Notes: a model not told the origin generated them from the sequence alone. Positions 1-10,255 are shown, numbered from the stretch's first letter. The stretch: DNA of 64,000 nucleotides from an uncultured bacterium (GCA_963827235.1 CAWHAE010000012.1:160001-224000), one strand, 5' to 3'. A program made the numbers and translations.

Positions 1-2
1 CA

Positions 3-689
3 CCGCTGCTGGCCCTCGAGGACGCCGGCGCGGTCGGCATCCGGCTGGACGGCGCCCCGGTGGAGTGCCGGATTACCGGCTGGTGGGTCGACGAGGCCAT
101 CGCTACGCGGGCGTTGCCCGACCTGGCGCCCGGGCTGCACGAGCTGGCACTCGAGGTGCCGTACGGCAGCCAGAGCAACCTGGAGTGGTGTTATCTGCTC
201 GGCAATTTCGGCGTGCGCGTGCACGGCCGGCACGCCCGCCTCGTTGAGCCTCCGCGCGAGCTTGCCTTCGGCGACTGGACGGGACAAGGCCTGCCGTTCT
301 TCGCCGGCAATGTCACGTACCGGTGCCGCTTCGATAGTCCAGGAGGTCGCCTGGCGGTGCGTGTGCCTGACTTCAAGGCGCCTGTACTGGCCGTGGAGCT
401 GGATGGTATTCGTGTCGGTCCCCTTGCCTTTGATCCGTTCCGCGTGGATCTCGGACTCGTGGCGCCCGGCTTGCACGAGGTCGGTCTGACCGCGTACGGC
501 AATCGGGTCAACGCCTTCGGACCCGTGCACAACGCCAATTTGGAGCTGACCTGGTTCGGGCCCAACGGGTGGCGCACCACAGGCGACGATTGGGCGTATG
601 AATATCAGCTGAAGCCCATGGGCATCTTGAGCGCGCCCCGCCTGGAGCAGTACGTCGCGGTGGGGGAGCCTGGACCGCGAATGGACTGA
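3..689 (+). CDS. C-terminal part of a large glycoside hydrolase-associated protein (5' truncated by window edge)
   Basis: Frame open from position 3; YLLGNFGV...GDWTGQGLPFFAGNVTY and C-terminal PMGIL typical of the beta-sandwich tail of GH2/GH106-like proteins. Confidence 0.6.
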   Translation, partial: PLLALEDAGAVGIRLDGAPVECRITGWWVDEAIATRALPDLAPGLHELALEVPYGSQSNLEWCYLLGNFGVRVHGRHARLVEPPRELAFGDWTGQGLPFFAGNVTYRCRFDSPGGRLAVRVPDFKAPVLAVELDGIRVGPLAFDPFRVDLGLVAPGLHEVGLTAYGNRVNAFGPVHNANLELTWFGPNGWRTTGDDWAYEYQLKPMGILSAPRLEQYVAVGEPGPRMD

Positions 690-776
690 CTCGAATCTCG
701 CAGAACTGAACCGGAGCCGCCGTTAAGCCGGCAAGCTTTACTCGCGCGCCGGTGCGCGCACAGGGGCGGGCAGGAT

Positions 777-876
777 GTGTCTGTTGATTTTCGCACTTCG
801 ACCACAAGGTGTAGCGCCATCTGCTGTGCCTGCTGCACAGCATGTCGTAGGCTCAAGGTCGATTTTCAACAGACAC
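777..876. mobile_element. 100-bp MITE-like element
   Basis: Perfect 11-bp terminal inverted repeats GTGTCTGTTGA (777-787) / TCAACAGACAC (866-876), flanked by direct repeat AGGAT (772-776, 877-881). Confidence 0.7.
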
Positions 877-1033
877 AGGATGCCCGCGGTCCCGGGCTGG
901 GGCAACGTATGAAGAATCCGGCGTGACCTGACTCTGGAGACCGCCTGCACCGGCCGGGCCCGTGTCGGCCACGGGCCCGGCCGGTGCAGCGTTCGCGCCG
1001 TGCTCTCACGTGTACAGTGCGGTGTGCCGGGCG

Positions 1034-1098
1034 TGATAGATGTCATGTCGCGGAGGTGAGATCTGCTACTACACCCGCCGCCTTTCCCCGCCTACACT
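1034..1098 (+). promoter_or_regulatory. Putative NarL/DesR-family binding boxes and -10 element upstream of the sensor kinase
   Basis: TGATAGATGTCA (1034-1045), TGAGATCTGCTACT (1057-1070), TACACT (1093-1098); resembles sites upstream of DesK/DesR-ABC operons. Confidence 0.35.
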
Positions 1099-1145
1099 TG
1101 ACGTGACGCGCGGACAGCGAAGCGTGCGGGAATGGCGGCGACGGC

Positions 1146-2417
1146 ATGGATGCGAGGCAGGGAGGCAGCGGCGGCAGGACCGCCCGCTCGCGTCGCTTTG
1201 CCGTCCGATTGCCCGGCGGGGCCGGCTCTCACGCATCTCTCAGGTACCTCCTGTGGCCGCTGTGGCTCATCTGGCTGCCCTACCTTGCCTACCCCCTGAC
1301 CACGCTGGCCGGCACGCACCCGCCTGCCGCCCGTCTGGCAATCTCCGCCGGCGCGGTCGTGCTGTTCGCGGCTCTGTACGCGTGGGCAGCGTGGCATCTC
1401 ACCGAGTGCCTGGGTGCCCAGGGGTACCACTGGCGGGCGCGCTATGCCCTCCCGCCCGCGGCGATGGCGCTGGTCAGCCTGGTGTTGAGCCTGGCCGATG
1501 GACGCGACTGGCTACTGCTGTTTGACTACGCGGCCGCGGTGGCCGGCGTATTCTTGCCGCTTCTCGCCGGGACCGGAGCCACGGCTGGTCTTTTTGCTGT
1601 GGCCTCTGCTACCAGCCTGTCTCTGCAAGGCGGCTGGACGAGCGTATTCCAGGCTCCCTACGACGTCGTGCTATCCGGCTTGTCGACCGTGGGCGTGGTC
1701 TGGCTCCTGGACATGAACAGGGCGCTCCGCGATGCGCGCCAGGAGATCGCGCGCCTGGCAGTGAGCGAAGAACGCCTGCGCTTCGCGCGCGACCTGCACG
1801 ATTTGCTGGGGCACAGCCTCTCGCTGATCGCGATCAAGAGCGAGCTGGCGGGCCGGCTGGTGCTCTCCTCGCCGGAGAGGGCGGCCACCGAGATCGGCGA
1901 CGTGGAGAGCGTCGCCCGTGCGGCACTCCAGGAGGTGCGCGCCGCCGTTGCCGGATACCGCGCGGCGACGCTCGCCGACGAGCTGGATTCCGCGCGGGAG
2001 ATCCTGGATGCGGCGGGTGTAGCCCTGACCTGTGATTGGGCGTGCGGGCCGCTCCCGCTCGACGTCGAGCGGGTCCTTGCCTGGATCGTGCGTGAGGGCA
2101 TGACGAACGTGATCAAGCACAGTCGCGCGCGCCACTGCCTGGTGCGGTTGGTGCTGGACGCGGACTCGGCATGCATTTCCGTCGAGAACGACGGCCCCGC
2201 AGCTGCCGATCCGCCCGCCTCGGGCGGCACCGGCCTGATCGGCCTGTCGGAGCGAGTGGATGAGGCGGGGGGACGATTCACGGCCGCCGCTCTGCCCACG
2301 GGAGGCTTCCGCATCGCTGCCGCTGTGCCACTTCACCGCTCGACGGGCCGGCAGCCCGTACCGGCAGCGTCCGGCGAACGCGGCCGCACGGAGATTGGGA
2401 CGGTGCAAGACGTATGA
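1146..2417 (+). CDS. Membrane sensor histidine kinase, DesK-like (HisKA_3 + HATPase)
   Basis: N-terminal TM helices, ERLRFARDLHDLLGHSLS H-box, EGMTNVIKHS N-box, GTGLIGL G-box. Confidence 0.93.
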   Translation: MDARQGGSGGRTARSRRFAVRLPGGAGSHASLRYLLWPLWLIWLPYLAYPLTTLAGTHPPAARLAISAGAVVLFAALYAWAAWHLTECLGAQGYHWRARYALPPAAMALVSLVLSLADGRDWLLLFDYAAAVAGVFLPLLAGTGATAGLFAVASATSLSLQGGWTSVFQAPYDVVLSGLSTVGVVWLLDMNRALRDARQEIARLAVSEERLRFARDLHDLLGHSLSLIAIKSELAGRLVLSSPERAATEIGDVESVARAALQEVRAAVAGYRAATLADELDSAREILDAAGVALTCDWACGPLPLDVERVLAWIVREGMTNVIKHSRARHCLVRLVLDADSACISVENDGPAAADPPASGGTGLIGLSERVDEAGGRFTAAALPTGGFRIAAAVPLHRSTGRQPVPAASGERGRTEIGTVQDV

Positions 2418-3019
2418 TTCGCGTGCTCCTGGCAGAGGACCAGGCGATGGTCCGCGGAGCGCTGGCCGCGCTCCTCACTCTCGAAGGCGACATCGAGATC
2501 GTGGCCGAGGTGGCGCGCGGCGACGAGGTGGTGGAGAGCGCCGCCGCGTGCAATCCCGACGTTGCCTTGCTCGACATCGAGATGCCCGGCTGCGACGGAC
2601 TGGCCGCGGCCGCCTCTCTGCGGGCGCGGCTGCCCGATTGCCGCGTGCTGATCCTCACCACGTTTGGAAGACCCGGCTATCTGCGGAGGGCGGTGGAGAA
2701 CGGCGTGGTCGGCTTTCTGCTCAAGGATGCGCCGGCGGCTCAGCTCGCGGTGGCGATCCGCAGAGTAATGGCCGGCGAGCGCGTTATCGACCCCGCACTT
2801 GCCGTCACTGCCTTGGCGGTGGGAGCCAATCCGCTCACGGAGCGGGAGCGCGCGGTGCTTCGCGCCGCGGCGCCCGGCGCGAGCGTGCCGGAGATCGCGC
2901 GCTCGCTTCATCTTTCGGAGGGCACCGTGCGCAACTACCTCTCGGAAGCGGGCCAGAAGCTAGGCGCGCGGAATCGCGCGGAAGCGGCGTCTATCGCGGC
3001 GCGAAATGGATGGCTCTGA
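2414..3019 (+). CDS. NarL/LuxR-family response regulator, DesR-like
   Basis: LLAEDQ, LLDIEMP receiver motifs, C-terminal LSEGTVRNYLS HTH; ATGA overlap with kinase. Confidence 0.95.
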   Translation: MIRVLLAEDQAMVRGALAALLTLEGDIEIVAEVARGDEVVESAAACNPDVALLDIEMPGCDGLAAAASLRARLPDCRVLILTTFGRPGYLRRAVENGVVGFLLKDAPAAQLAVAIRRVMAGERVIDPALAVTALAVGANPLTERERAVLRAAAPGASVPEIARSLHLSEGTVRNYLSEAGQKLGARNRAEAASIAARNGWL

Positions 3020-4011
3020 TGCAGCCGCCTGACGGCCGGCTAGGCGTGGAAGCGGCGGCGGGCGCCCCTGCCGTGGCCGTGCGCGTGGAAGGGCTGACCA
3101 AGCGATACCACGGCGTACCGGCGGTCAACGGTCTCAGCTTTGGGGTGCTTGCGGGCGAGATATTCGGCTTGCTGGGACCAAACGGTGCCGGCAAGACCAC
3201 CACCATGAACATGCTATGCGGGCTGCTCCAGCCCGACGCCGGCACCGTCAGTATTCACGGCCGCCCACTCTGCCGGGGCAACCGGGACGTTCGCCTCCAG
3301 GTGGGCGTCTGTCCCCAGGAGGCGGTACTGTGGGAGCGCCTGACCGGCTTGGAGCAGCTCCAGTTTGCCGGCCAGATGTATGGCATGGCGGGGCCGGCGG
3401 CACGCCGTTCCGGACGGCAGCTTCTCGCCGACCTGGATCTGGATGCCGCGCGCGACAAGCAGGCTCGCATGCTCTCGGGCGGTATGAAACGCCGTCTCAG
3501 CCTGGCGATGGCTCTGATCCACGATCCGCAGATCGTCGTCCTCGATGAGCCGGAAGCAGGGCTGGATCCGCAGAGCCGGGTGGCCGTGCGCGAGTACATC
3601 AGGGGTCTGGCCGGCAGGAAGACAGTGATCCTCACCACGCACGATATGGACGAAGCCGATCGCATGGTCGACCGCCTGGCGATCATCGACCGCGGAAACC
3701 TGCTCGTGCTCGACACGCCGCAGGCGCTCAAGCGCGCCGTGGGGGGCGGCGACATCGTCGAGATTGCGCTCGACGGCGGCCAAGAGACGTTGCGGTGCGT
3801 GGAGCCGGCGTTGGCCGCATTCGTGGATCGAAGTGCCATCCAGTACCTAGACGGCCGGTTGATCATCCGCTCGCTCGACGTCGTGAGCAAGCTCGCGGCC
3901 ATCCTGGGCGCGCTCGCCGGCTGCGGTCTTCGTCCCGGGGAGGTACACGTGCGCGCCAACTCGCTGGAAGACGTGTTCATTCAGCTCACGGGGCGGAGGC
4001 TGCGCCAATGA
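3019..4011 (+). CDS. ABC-2 type exporter ATP-binding protein
   Basis: GPNGAGKTT Walker A, LSGGMKRR signature, VVLDEP Walker B; ATG at 3019 overlaps the upstream TGA. Confidence 0.92.
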   Translation: MQPPDGRLGVEAAAGAPAVAVRVEGLTKRYHGVPAVNGLSFGVLAGEIFGLLGPNGAGKTTTMNMLCGLLQPDAGTVSIHGRPLCRGNRDVRLQVGVCPQEAVLWERLTGLEQLQFAGQMYGMAGPAARRSGRQLLADLDLDAARDKQARMLSGGMKRRLSLAMALIHDPQIVVLDEPEAGLDPQSRVAVREYIRGLAGRKTVILTTHDMDEADRMVDRLAIIDRGNLLVLDTPQALKRAVGGGDIVEIALDGGQETLRCVEPALAAFVDRSAIQYLDGRLIIRSLDVVSKLAAILGALAGCGLRPGEVHVRANSLEDVFIQLTGRRLRQ

Positions 4012-5171
4012 GGGCCTGTATCATCTGCCGGCGGATTCTGCGCGAGCAGCTTCGCGAGCCGCTCACGCTGATCCTGGCGCTCGTCTTCGCCCCGTTCTTC
4101 GTGTTCCTCTACTGGACCTTCTTTCCCAGCGGCTCGACGACCTACAGCGTGCTGGTACAGAACCGGGACGTCGTCGTCGGGGCGGGCGACGGCAGTTTGC
4201 AGGCAGGGGAACAGATCGTGGCCGCGCTCCGTTCCGTGAAGTATGCCAACGGCAATCCCTTGCTCACGGTCGGCATCGTCCGCGATCGCGCCGCGGCCGT
4301 CCGGAGCCTGCGCGACCGCGATGCCGCGGTGCTGGTGATCATTCCGCCCACATTCTCGCGTGACGTTGTCCGGCGGCGAGCGGGAACCGGGGCCGCGCTC
4401 ACGCTCGTGGGCGACGTCACGAATCCCCAATACGCCGTGGCTGCCGCGGTCACCGGCGCCGCGATCGACACACGCCTGCGCACGATGACGGGACTGCAGC
4501 TGCCGGTACGGATGGTGGAGTTGCCGCTGGGTGCTTCCGCCGCCCGCTCGGAATTCGAGACCTATGTTCCCGGTCTGCTGATCTTTGCCACCACGCTGCT
4601 CATGTTCCTTGCCGCGATGATCGTGGCGCGGGAGGTGGAAAGCGGTACGCTCCGCCGGCTGCGTCTGTCGTGCATGTCGGCCATCGACTACTTCGGCGGC
4701 ATCACACTGGCGCTGGCGATCGTCGGCATCGCCGCCCTCGGCCTGACGTTCCTCACGGCCCTGGCGCTGGGGTTCCGCAGCGCGGGACCGCTCTGGGTGG
4801 CGATGCTCGCCGGGACCATGAGCAGTCTCTCCGCCATCGGCGTGGGCCTGATCGTGGCCTGCTTTGCCCGTTCCGCCATCCAGGCGTTCCTGATCGCCAA
4901 CTTCCCCCTGGCCTGCTTCATGTTCTTCACGGGGGCGGTATTTCCCATGCCGCGAGTCTCCTGGATTACCCTGGGCGGCCATGCCCTTGGTCCTTACGAT
5001 ATCCTGCCTCCCACGCACGCGGTCGCAGCCCTGAACGACGTCTTCACCCTGGGTTCAGGCGCGGGCGACGTGATTTTCGAGCTGGCCGGCCTGACTGTTC
5101 TCTCCGTACTCTATCTGGTGGGCGGCATTGTGCTCTTCGAGCGCCGCCGCCTTGCCTCGCCGCTCTGGTAG
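4008..5171 (+). CDS. ABC-2 type exporter permease
   Basis: N-terminal TM helix, extracellular loop, AREVESGTLRRL motif, further TM helices; ATGA overlap with ATPase. Confidence 0.9.
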   Translation: MRACIICRRILREQLREPLTLILALVFAPFFVFLYWTFFPSGSTTYSVLVQNRDVVVGAGDGSLQAGEQIVAALRSVKYANGNPLLTVGIVRDRAAAVRSLRDRDAAVLVIIPPTFSRDVVRRRAGTGAALTLVGDVTNPQYAVAAAVTGAAIDTRLRTMTGLQLPVRMVELPLGASAARSEFETYVPGLLIFATTLLMFLAAMIVAREVESGTLRRLRLSCMSAIDYFGGITLALAIVGIAALGLTFLTALALGFRSAGPLWVAMLAGTMSSLSAIGVGLIVACFARSAIQAFLIANFPLACFMFFTGAVFPMPRVSWITLGGHALGPYDILPPTHAVAALNDVFTLGSGAGDVIFELAGLTVLSVLYLVGGIVLFERRRLASPLW

Positions 5172-5229
5172 CGGATGCGCATGCCGCCGCGGCCGGCGGC
5201 GGGAGCAGCACGGACATCCATGCCCCCCA

Positions 5230-5477
5230 CTTTTGGCCATCAGCTACGGCAGGCCGCGCAGCCGGGCAAGATCACCGTGGGCGGCGCAACCGGCTCCGAG
5301 CTGGGCGGAGACGTCGACGAAGAGGAAGCGGTAGCCACGGCTCTACAGGCTTTCGCCGACGGCATCTACTTCGTCTTTCTTGACGACGTACAGCAGGAGG
5401 ATCTGGATGCCGTCGTCGCACTGCAGCCCGAGAGCACGCTGACCTTCATTCGCCTCACCGCTCTCGCCGGCGGTTGA
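5230..5477 (+). pseudogene. C-terminal half of a ubiquitin-like (beta-grasp, ...LAGG end) protein of the type found beside DUF4132 genes
   Basis: AVATALQAFADGIYFVFLDD...TFIRLTALAGG*; N-terminal half appears missing; family recognised from memory. Confidence 0.55.
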
Positions 5478-5526
5478 GCCTCGCAGACATCCTGTTTGCC
5501 CACACCGTTCAGCTGGGGAGAAGCCG

Positions 5527-5660
5527 ATGCTCAGCCGCGAAGCCCACCCCGACGCCTTCGTGCGCATGGTTTTCCTGATGCTGGACCACGATCTGATACG
5601 CTTCTCGGCCGCCGTCCGCGCGATCGACGGGTGGTTCGGCTTCGCCCGGGAGGTGGACGG
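5527..5660 (+). pseudogene. Short internal fragment of a DUF4132/DUF5724-type large protein
   Basis: EAHPDAFVRMVFLMLDHDLIRFSAAVRAIDGWFGF resembles a conserved internal segment of these proteins; the rest of the gene is absent. Confidence 0.45.
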
Positions 5661-5903
5661 TACGCGGGAGCGGCGCGGCGATATCGACTTCGTCGTGGTC
5701 ACCGGCGTGCCCTTGGCTGCCGCAGATGGCGAGCACGAGGCCAGTGCGGGTTCCGCCCAGGCCTGCGTACAGCCTGAGATCTCAAGCGGGCCCGCGGCGC
5801 CCAGTCTCCTGAGTTGGTACGTTGGAGGAATTGAAACCTGAGCCACGCCCAGGCAGAGGAGCTCTGCGCCGCGACCGGCGCCGCCACGTAGGAGGCAAGT
5901 TAC

Positions 5904-7283
5904 GTGAGTCAGCTCGATCGAGACTTGTTGCGCGCCGGCATCGCCTACGCCGATCGGTGGGTGGCCTGCCAGCAGGATCGTCACGATATTCCCGGCGTTG
6001 TGGTCGCCGTTCGGCACGAGGATGAGCTGTTGCTCTCGAGAGGCTACGGCTATGCCGATCTCGATCGCCGGGTGGCGATGACTCCGGATCACATCTTCCG
6101 CATCGCCTCCCATTCCAAGACGTTCACTGCTACGGCGATCATGCAGCTCGTCGAGCAGGGCCGGGTCCGGCTCGACGACCCGCTTGCCACTCACGTGTCA
6201 TGGCTCCGGGATCAGGACGGGCTGGCCCGCGTGACCGTCCGGCAGGCCCTCAACCACACCACGGGCATAGTGCGGGACGGAGACGATGCGGACTACTGGC
6301 AGCTCGAGCACCCATTTCCCGACGCGGACGAGCTGCGCCGGTTGGTGGAGCAGGCCGGCGCCGTGCTGCCGGCCAACGATCGCTTCAAGTACTCCAATCT
6401 GGCCTATGCCCTGCTCGGCCAGGTCGTCGCACGCGCCGCCGGCCTGCCCTACGCCGACTACGTGCGGCAGCACATCATCGATCCTCTCGGCTTGACGGCT
6501 ACCGGGCCGGAAACCGACGAGCGAGCACGTGCCGGCCTGGCCACGGGCTACACCGTGCGCCGGTTCGGCAGGCCCAGGCGGCCCTTGCCCGACGCGTCTA
6601 CCGGTGCGCTGGCCCCTGCCACCGGCTTCTACGCCACCGCGGTCGATCTTTGCCGCTATGCGTCCGGGCACTTCTTCGGCAACGACGTGCTCATGAGCGA
6701 TGCCGCGAAGCGCGAAATGCAGCAGCCTTACTGGGAAGTCGTGCAGGCCGACGCGCAGTACGGGCTTGGCTTTGCCGTGCAGCGCGTTGGAGAGCGGCAG
6801 CTGATCGGGCACGGCGGCAGCTTCCCGGGCTTCAGCACGGTCACGCTGTTCGACCCACGCGATCGCCTGGCAGTCGTGGCGCTCACCAACGAAACAGGCG
6901 GGCCGGCAAGGGATCTCGCTTACGGCATCGTGAAGATCCTCGACTACGCGCAGCGACAGCCGCGAGACGTCGATCGACCCAACGATGCGTACAACGCGTT
7001 TACCGGCCGCTTCGTGAACCAGTGGGGCGTGCTCGACGTCGCCGCCTTTGGCGCCACCCTGGCGGCGCTCGACCCGGATGAGGCGGATCCGGCAAAGTCG
7101 GCCAGCCTCTTGAACGTCGTGGATGCCGACACCCTCCGTATCGACACGGCCAACGGCTATGGCTCGCCGGGCGAGTGGATCCGGTACCGGCGCGACGCCG
7201 CCGGCAAAACCACGGCCGTCGTCGCGGGAGGACTCACCATGTATCCGCTCGAGGAATATCTGCGACGCCCGGTCGCTGATTGA
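5904..7283 (+). CDS. Serine hydrolase, beta-lactamase class C / D-Ala-D-Ala carboxypeptidase family
   Basis: FRIASHSK (SxxK), FKYSN (YxN), GHGG motifs. Confidence 0.92.
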   Translation: MSQLDRDLLRAGIAYADRWVACQQDRHDIPGVVVAVRHEDELLLSRGYGYADLDRRVAMTPDHIFRIASHSKTFTATAIMQLVEQGRVRLDDPLATHVSWLRDQDGLARVTVRQALNHTTGIVRDGDDADYWQLEHPFPDADELRRLVEQAGAVLPANDRFKYSNLAYALLGQVVARAAGLPYADYVRQHIIDPLGLTATGPETDERARAGLATGYTVRRFGRPRRPLPDASTGALAPATGFYATAVDLCRYASGHFFGNDVLMSDAAKREMQQPYWEVVQADAQYGLGFAVQRVGERQLIGHGGSFPGFSTVTLFDPRDRLAVVALTNETGGPARDLAYGIVKILDYAQRQPRDVDRPNDAYNAFTGRFVNQWGVLDVAAFGATLAALDPDEADPAKSASLLNVVDADTLRIDTANGYGSPGEWIRYRRDAAGKTTAVVAGGLTMYPLEEYLRRPVAD

Positions 7284-7363
7284 TCATCTTGCCGGGCAAT
7301 CGCGGTTGCCGAATCCGGTGACGCCGCGCACCGCCGCCACGCCACGTCCAGAAAGATACCGAG

Positions 7364-8320
7364 TTGACTGTAGTTCACGATGACACCACCTGGTTATCGC
7401 CATATGTCACGCTAGACCGGGCAACGTGGGCGCGGCTTCGTGCTGCCACGCCGCTGACCCTGACCGAGGACGATGCCGCGGCCCTCTCGGGCATCAACGA
7501 GCGGATCTCGCTGGGCGAGGTCGCGGAGATCTATCTTCCCCTTTCACGACTGCTCAATCTTCACATCGAGGCACGGCAGCAGCTCTACACGGTAACCAGC
7601 ACGTTCCTGGGCAATCCTGCTGCCAAGGTGCCCTACGTGGTCGGCGTCGCCGGCAGCGTGGCGGCCGGCAAGAGCACGACCGCCCGTATCCTGCAAACAC
7701 TGCTGGCACGCTGGCCCAGCCACCGGCGCGTCGACCTCGTGGCGACCGATGGCTTTCTCTTCCCCAATCACGTGCTCGAAGCGCGCGGGCTCATGCACCG
7801 CAAAGGCTTTCCCGAGACCTACGATCTTCCGCATTTGGTGGAGTTCCTCGTTGAGCTGAAAGCGGGTAAGCCGGTCGTGGCGGCGCCCATGTACTCCCAC
7901 GTTGCCTACGACATCGTGCCGAGCCGGACCCAGGTCGTACGGGAGCCCGACATCGTCATCGTGGAAGGATTGAACGTCTTGCAGACCGGCGGGCGCGCCC
8001 ACCCGCGGTCGCGGATGTATGTCTCTGACTTCTTCGACTTCTCCATCTATGTGGACGCCGAGGAGGCGCAGCTGGAACGCTGGTACGTGGAACGCTTCCT
8101 GGCGCTCTGCGGAGGCATATTCCAGGACGCCTCCTCCTACTTCCATCGCTATGCGGATCTGTCGGCAGAGCAAGCGACGCGGGTGGCGGAACAGATCTGG
8201 TGTGACATCAATGCGCTCAACCTGCGCGAGAACATCGCGCCCACCCGCGAGCGCGCCGACCTGATCCTCAAGAAGGGACCGGATCACGCCGTCGAGTCGG
8301 TGCGCCTGCGCAAGCTGTAG
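7364..8320 (+). CDS. coaA: Type I pantothenate kinase
   Basis: [21 protein letters not shown]-loop, [28 protein letters not shown]. Confidence 0.97.
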   Translation: MTVVHDDTTWLSPYVTLDRATWARLRAATPLTLTEDDAAALSGINERISLGEVAEIYLPLSRLLNLHIEARQQLYTVTSTFLGNPAAKVPYVVGVAGSVAAGKSTTARILQTLLARWPSHRRVDLVATDGFLFPNHVLEARGLMHRKGFPETYDLPHLVEFLVELKAGKPVVAAPMYSHVAYDIVPSRTQVVREPDIVIVEGLNVLQTGGRAHPRSRMYVSDFFDFSIYVDAEEAQLERWYVERFLALCGGIFQDASSYFHRYADLSAEQATRVAEQIWCDINALNLRENIAPTRERADLILKKGPDHAVESVRLRKL

Positions 8321-8564
8321 ATGCCGCTCCCGGTTTCTCCAGCTTGCGCAGGCGGCCCCTGACAAACAATCGCCGGTGAAGGTGTCAAGCTCGCCAGGCC
8401 GGCGGCAATCGACTACCGGCGCTCAGCCGGCCACTCCTGGCTACTCCTGGTCACCATGCAGAACGCTTCGGGGCCACGAACGGTTGGCTTCTCCGGATGC
8501 CAACGCTACTCGAGATCAGCTGCAGCGCGACCCGCCACTGCCCGCGCATTCCGCCCGGCCTGCT

Positions 8565-9758
8565 TCAGGCGGCCAGCAGACCATGCGGATCAAGCACGAA
8601 CTTTCTGGCGGCACCTTTGTCGAAGTCCTTGTACCCTTGTGGCGCATCGTCCAGCCGGATCACGGTCGCGTTGACGGCCTTGGCGATGTGCACCTTGTCG
8701 TGGAGGATAGCCATCATCAGCTTCCGGTTGTAGCGCATGACAGGGCACTGGCCGGTGACGAACGAGAGCGATTTGGCCCAGCCCAGTCCGATGCGCACGC
8801 CCAATTGCCCGATCTTGGCAGGTCCGTCGATGCCGCCCGGGTCGCCGGTCACGTACAGGCCCGGAATGCCGACCAATCCGCCCGCACGAGTCACGGACAT
8901 CGCGTCATTGAGCACGGTTGCCGGCGCTTCTCCCGCGCCTATCCCATGGCCCCGTGCCTCGAAGCCCACGCAGTCGACCGCTGCATCGACCTCGGGTTCT
9001 CCTACGATTGCGGCTATCATCTCGGGCAGCGGCGCGTCGTTCGACAAATCGATGGTTTCGCAGCCAAAGCTGCGCGCCTGCGCGAGCCGCTCCTTGTTCA
9101 TGTCGCCCACGATCACCACGGCCGCGCCGAGCAATTGGGCCGACGCCGCGCACGCCAGGCCCACCGGACCAGCACCGGCGACATACACAGTCGATCCGGT
9201 CGTCACCCCCGCCGTGTAGGCGCCGTGATAGCCGGTCGGGAAAATATCCGACAGCATGGTGAGATCCAGCATCTTCTCCATGGCTTGGTGACGGTCGGGG
9301 AACTTGAGCAAGTTGAAGTCGGCGTAGGGCACCATAACGTATTCGGCCTGTCCGCCGCGCCAGCCCCCCATGTCGACATAGCCGTAGGCAGCGCCGGGCC
9401 GTGCCGGATTGACGTTCAGGCATACTCCCGTCTTCCCCTCCTTGCACATGCGGCAGCGTCCGCAGGCGATATTGAATGGGGTGGAGACCAGGTCACCTTT
9501 CTTGATGAACTCCACGTCGCGTCCAAGCTCGATCACTTCACCGGTGATCTCGTGGCCCAGAGTCTGCCCATGCGCGGCCGTGGTGCGGCCACGCACCATA
9601 TGCTGGTCGCTGCCGCAGATGTTTGTCGCCACGACCTTGAGGATCACGCCGTGATCGCACTTGCGATGCTGTTCCGGCAGGGCCAGCTCAGGATAACCGA
9701 TGTCCTGCACTTCAACATTCCCGGGTCCCATGTAGACGACACCGCGATTACCTGCCAT
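8565..9758 (-). CDS. fdhA: Glutathione-independent formaldehyde dehydrogenase
   Basis: NICGSDQHMVRGRT, GHE, CGRCRMC Zn site, LSDIFPTGYHG, VDCVGFEA, GIPGLYV; GGAGG RBS before ATG at 9758. Confidence 0.95.
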   Translation of the reverse strand: MAGNRGVVYMGPGNVEVQDIGYPELALPEQHRKCDHGVILKVVATNICGSDQHMVRGRTTAAHGQTLGHEITGEVIELGRDVEFIKKGDLVSTPFNIACGRCRMCKEGKTGVCLNVNPARPGAAYGYVDMGGWRGGQAEYVMVPYADFNLLKFPDRHQAMEKMLDLTMLSDIFPTGYHGAYTAGVTTGSTVYVAGAGPVGLACAASAQLLGAAVVIVGDMNKERLAQARSFGCETIDLSNDAPLPEMIAAIVGEPEVDAAVDCVGFEARGHGIGAGEAPATVLNDAMSVTRAGGLVGIPGLYVTGDPGGIDGPAKIGQLGVRIGLGWAKSLSFVTGQCPVMRYNRKLMMAILHDKVHIAKAVNATVIRLDDAPQGYKDFDKGAARKFVLDPHGLLAA

Positions 9759-9850
9759 AGCATCCTCCATTGCTGCGGCGGCGAGGTTTCCCCCTATTTC
9801 ACGAGACTTGCACGCGCATCACATACGCGCGATCGCATGACGGCTGCCAC

Positions 9851-10255
9851 CTAGCTCATGGCATGGGCGCCGGCCTCGGCGACGGCGTGGTCGTTCTCCA
9901 CCGTGCTACCGCTCACGCCGATTGCACCGATCACCTCGCCCTGGCTGTTCTTCAGCGGGATTCCGCCGGGGAACGTGATCAGGCCCCCGTTCGAATGTTC
10001 GATGTTGAACAGCGGACCACCCGGCTGCGACAGCGCCCCGATCTTGCCGGTCTCCATGTCGAAGAACCGCGCGGTGCGCGCCTTCTTGATGGCGATGTCT
10101 ATGCTGCCCAGCCAGGCGCCGTCCATGCGTGCGAAGGCCTTCAGGTTGGCACCTGCATCTACGACCGCAATGTCCATCAGCGTGTTGCTCTGTTTGGCCT
10201 TCTCGACCGCGGCATCGAGCACTCGCTCAGCCTGGGATAAGGTAATGTCGGCCAT
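9851..10255 (-). CDS. GlcG/HbpS-family heme-binding protein (DUF336)
   Basis: [35 protein letters not shown]. Confidence 0.92.
   Translation of the reverse strand: MADITLSQAERVLDAAVEKAKQSNTLMDIAVVDAGANLKAFARMDGAWLGSIDIAIKKARTARFFDMETGKIGALSQPGGPLFNIEHSNGGLITFPGGIPLKNSQGEVIGAIGVSGSTVENDHAVAEAGAHAMS

Noticed and set aside
777-876. Long hairpin as a riboswitch or ncRNA
   Set aside because: No recognisable aptamer consensus; the flanking 5-bp duplication favours a MITE
2260-3018. N-terminal extension of the ABC ATPase ORF, and similar extensions on ORFs ending at 5171, 11853, 29146, 31165
   Set aside because: They overlap neighbouring genes in another frame; coupled downstream starts with RBS are more plausible
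5904-7283. Antibiotic-resistance beta-lactamase
   Set aside because: Motifs fit the broad serine hydrolase/peptidase family; no signal peptide and no evidence for beta-lactam specificity
8376-9854. 492-aa plus-strand ORF and many similar long ORFs (e.g. 23041-24615, 25604-27052, 38316-40355, 44587-46260)
   Set aside because: Antisense shadows of well-supported genes, expected in high-GC DNA; no family motifs
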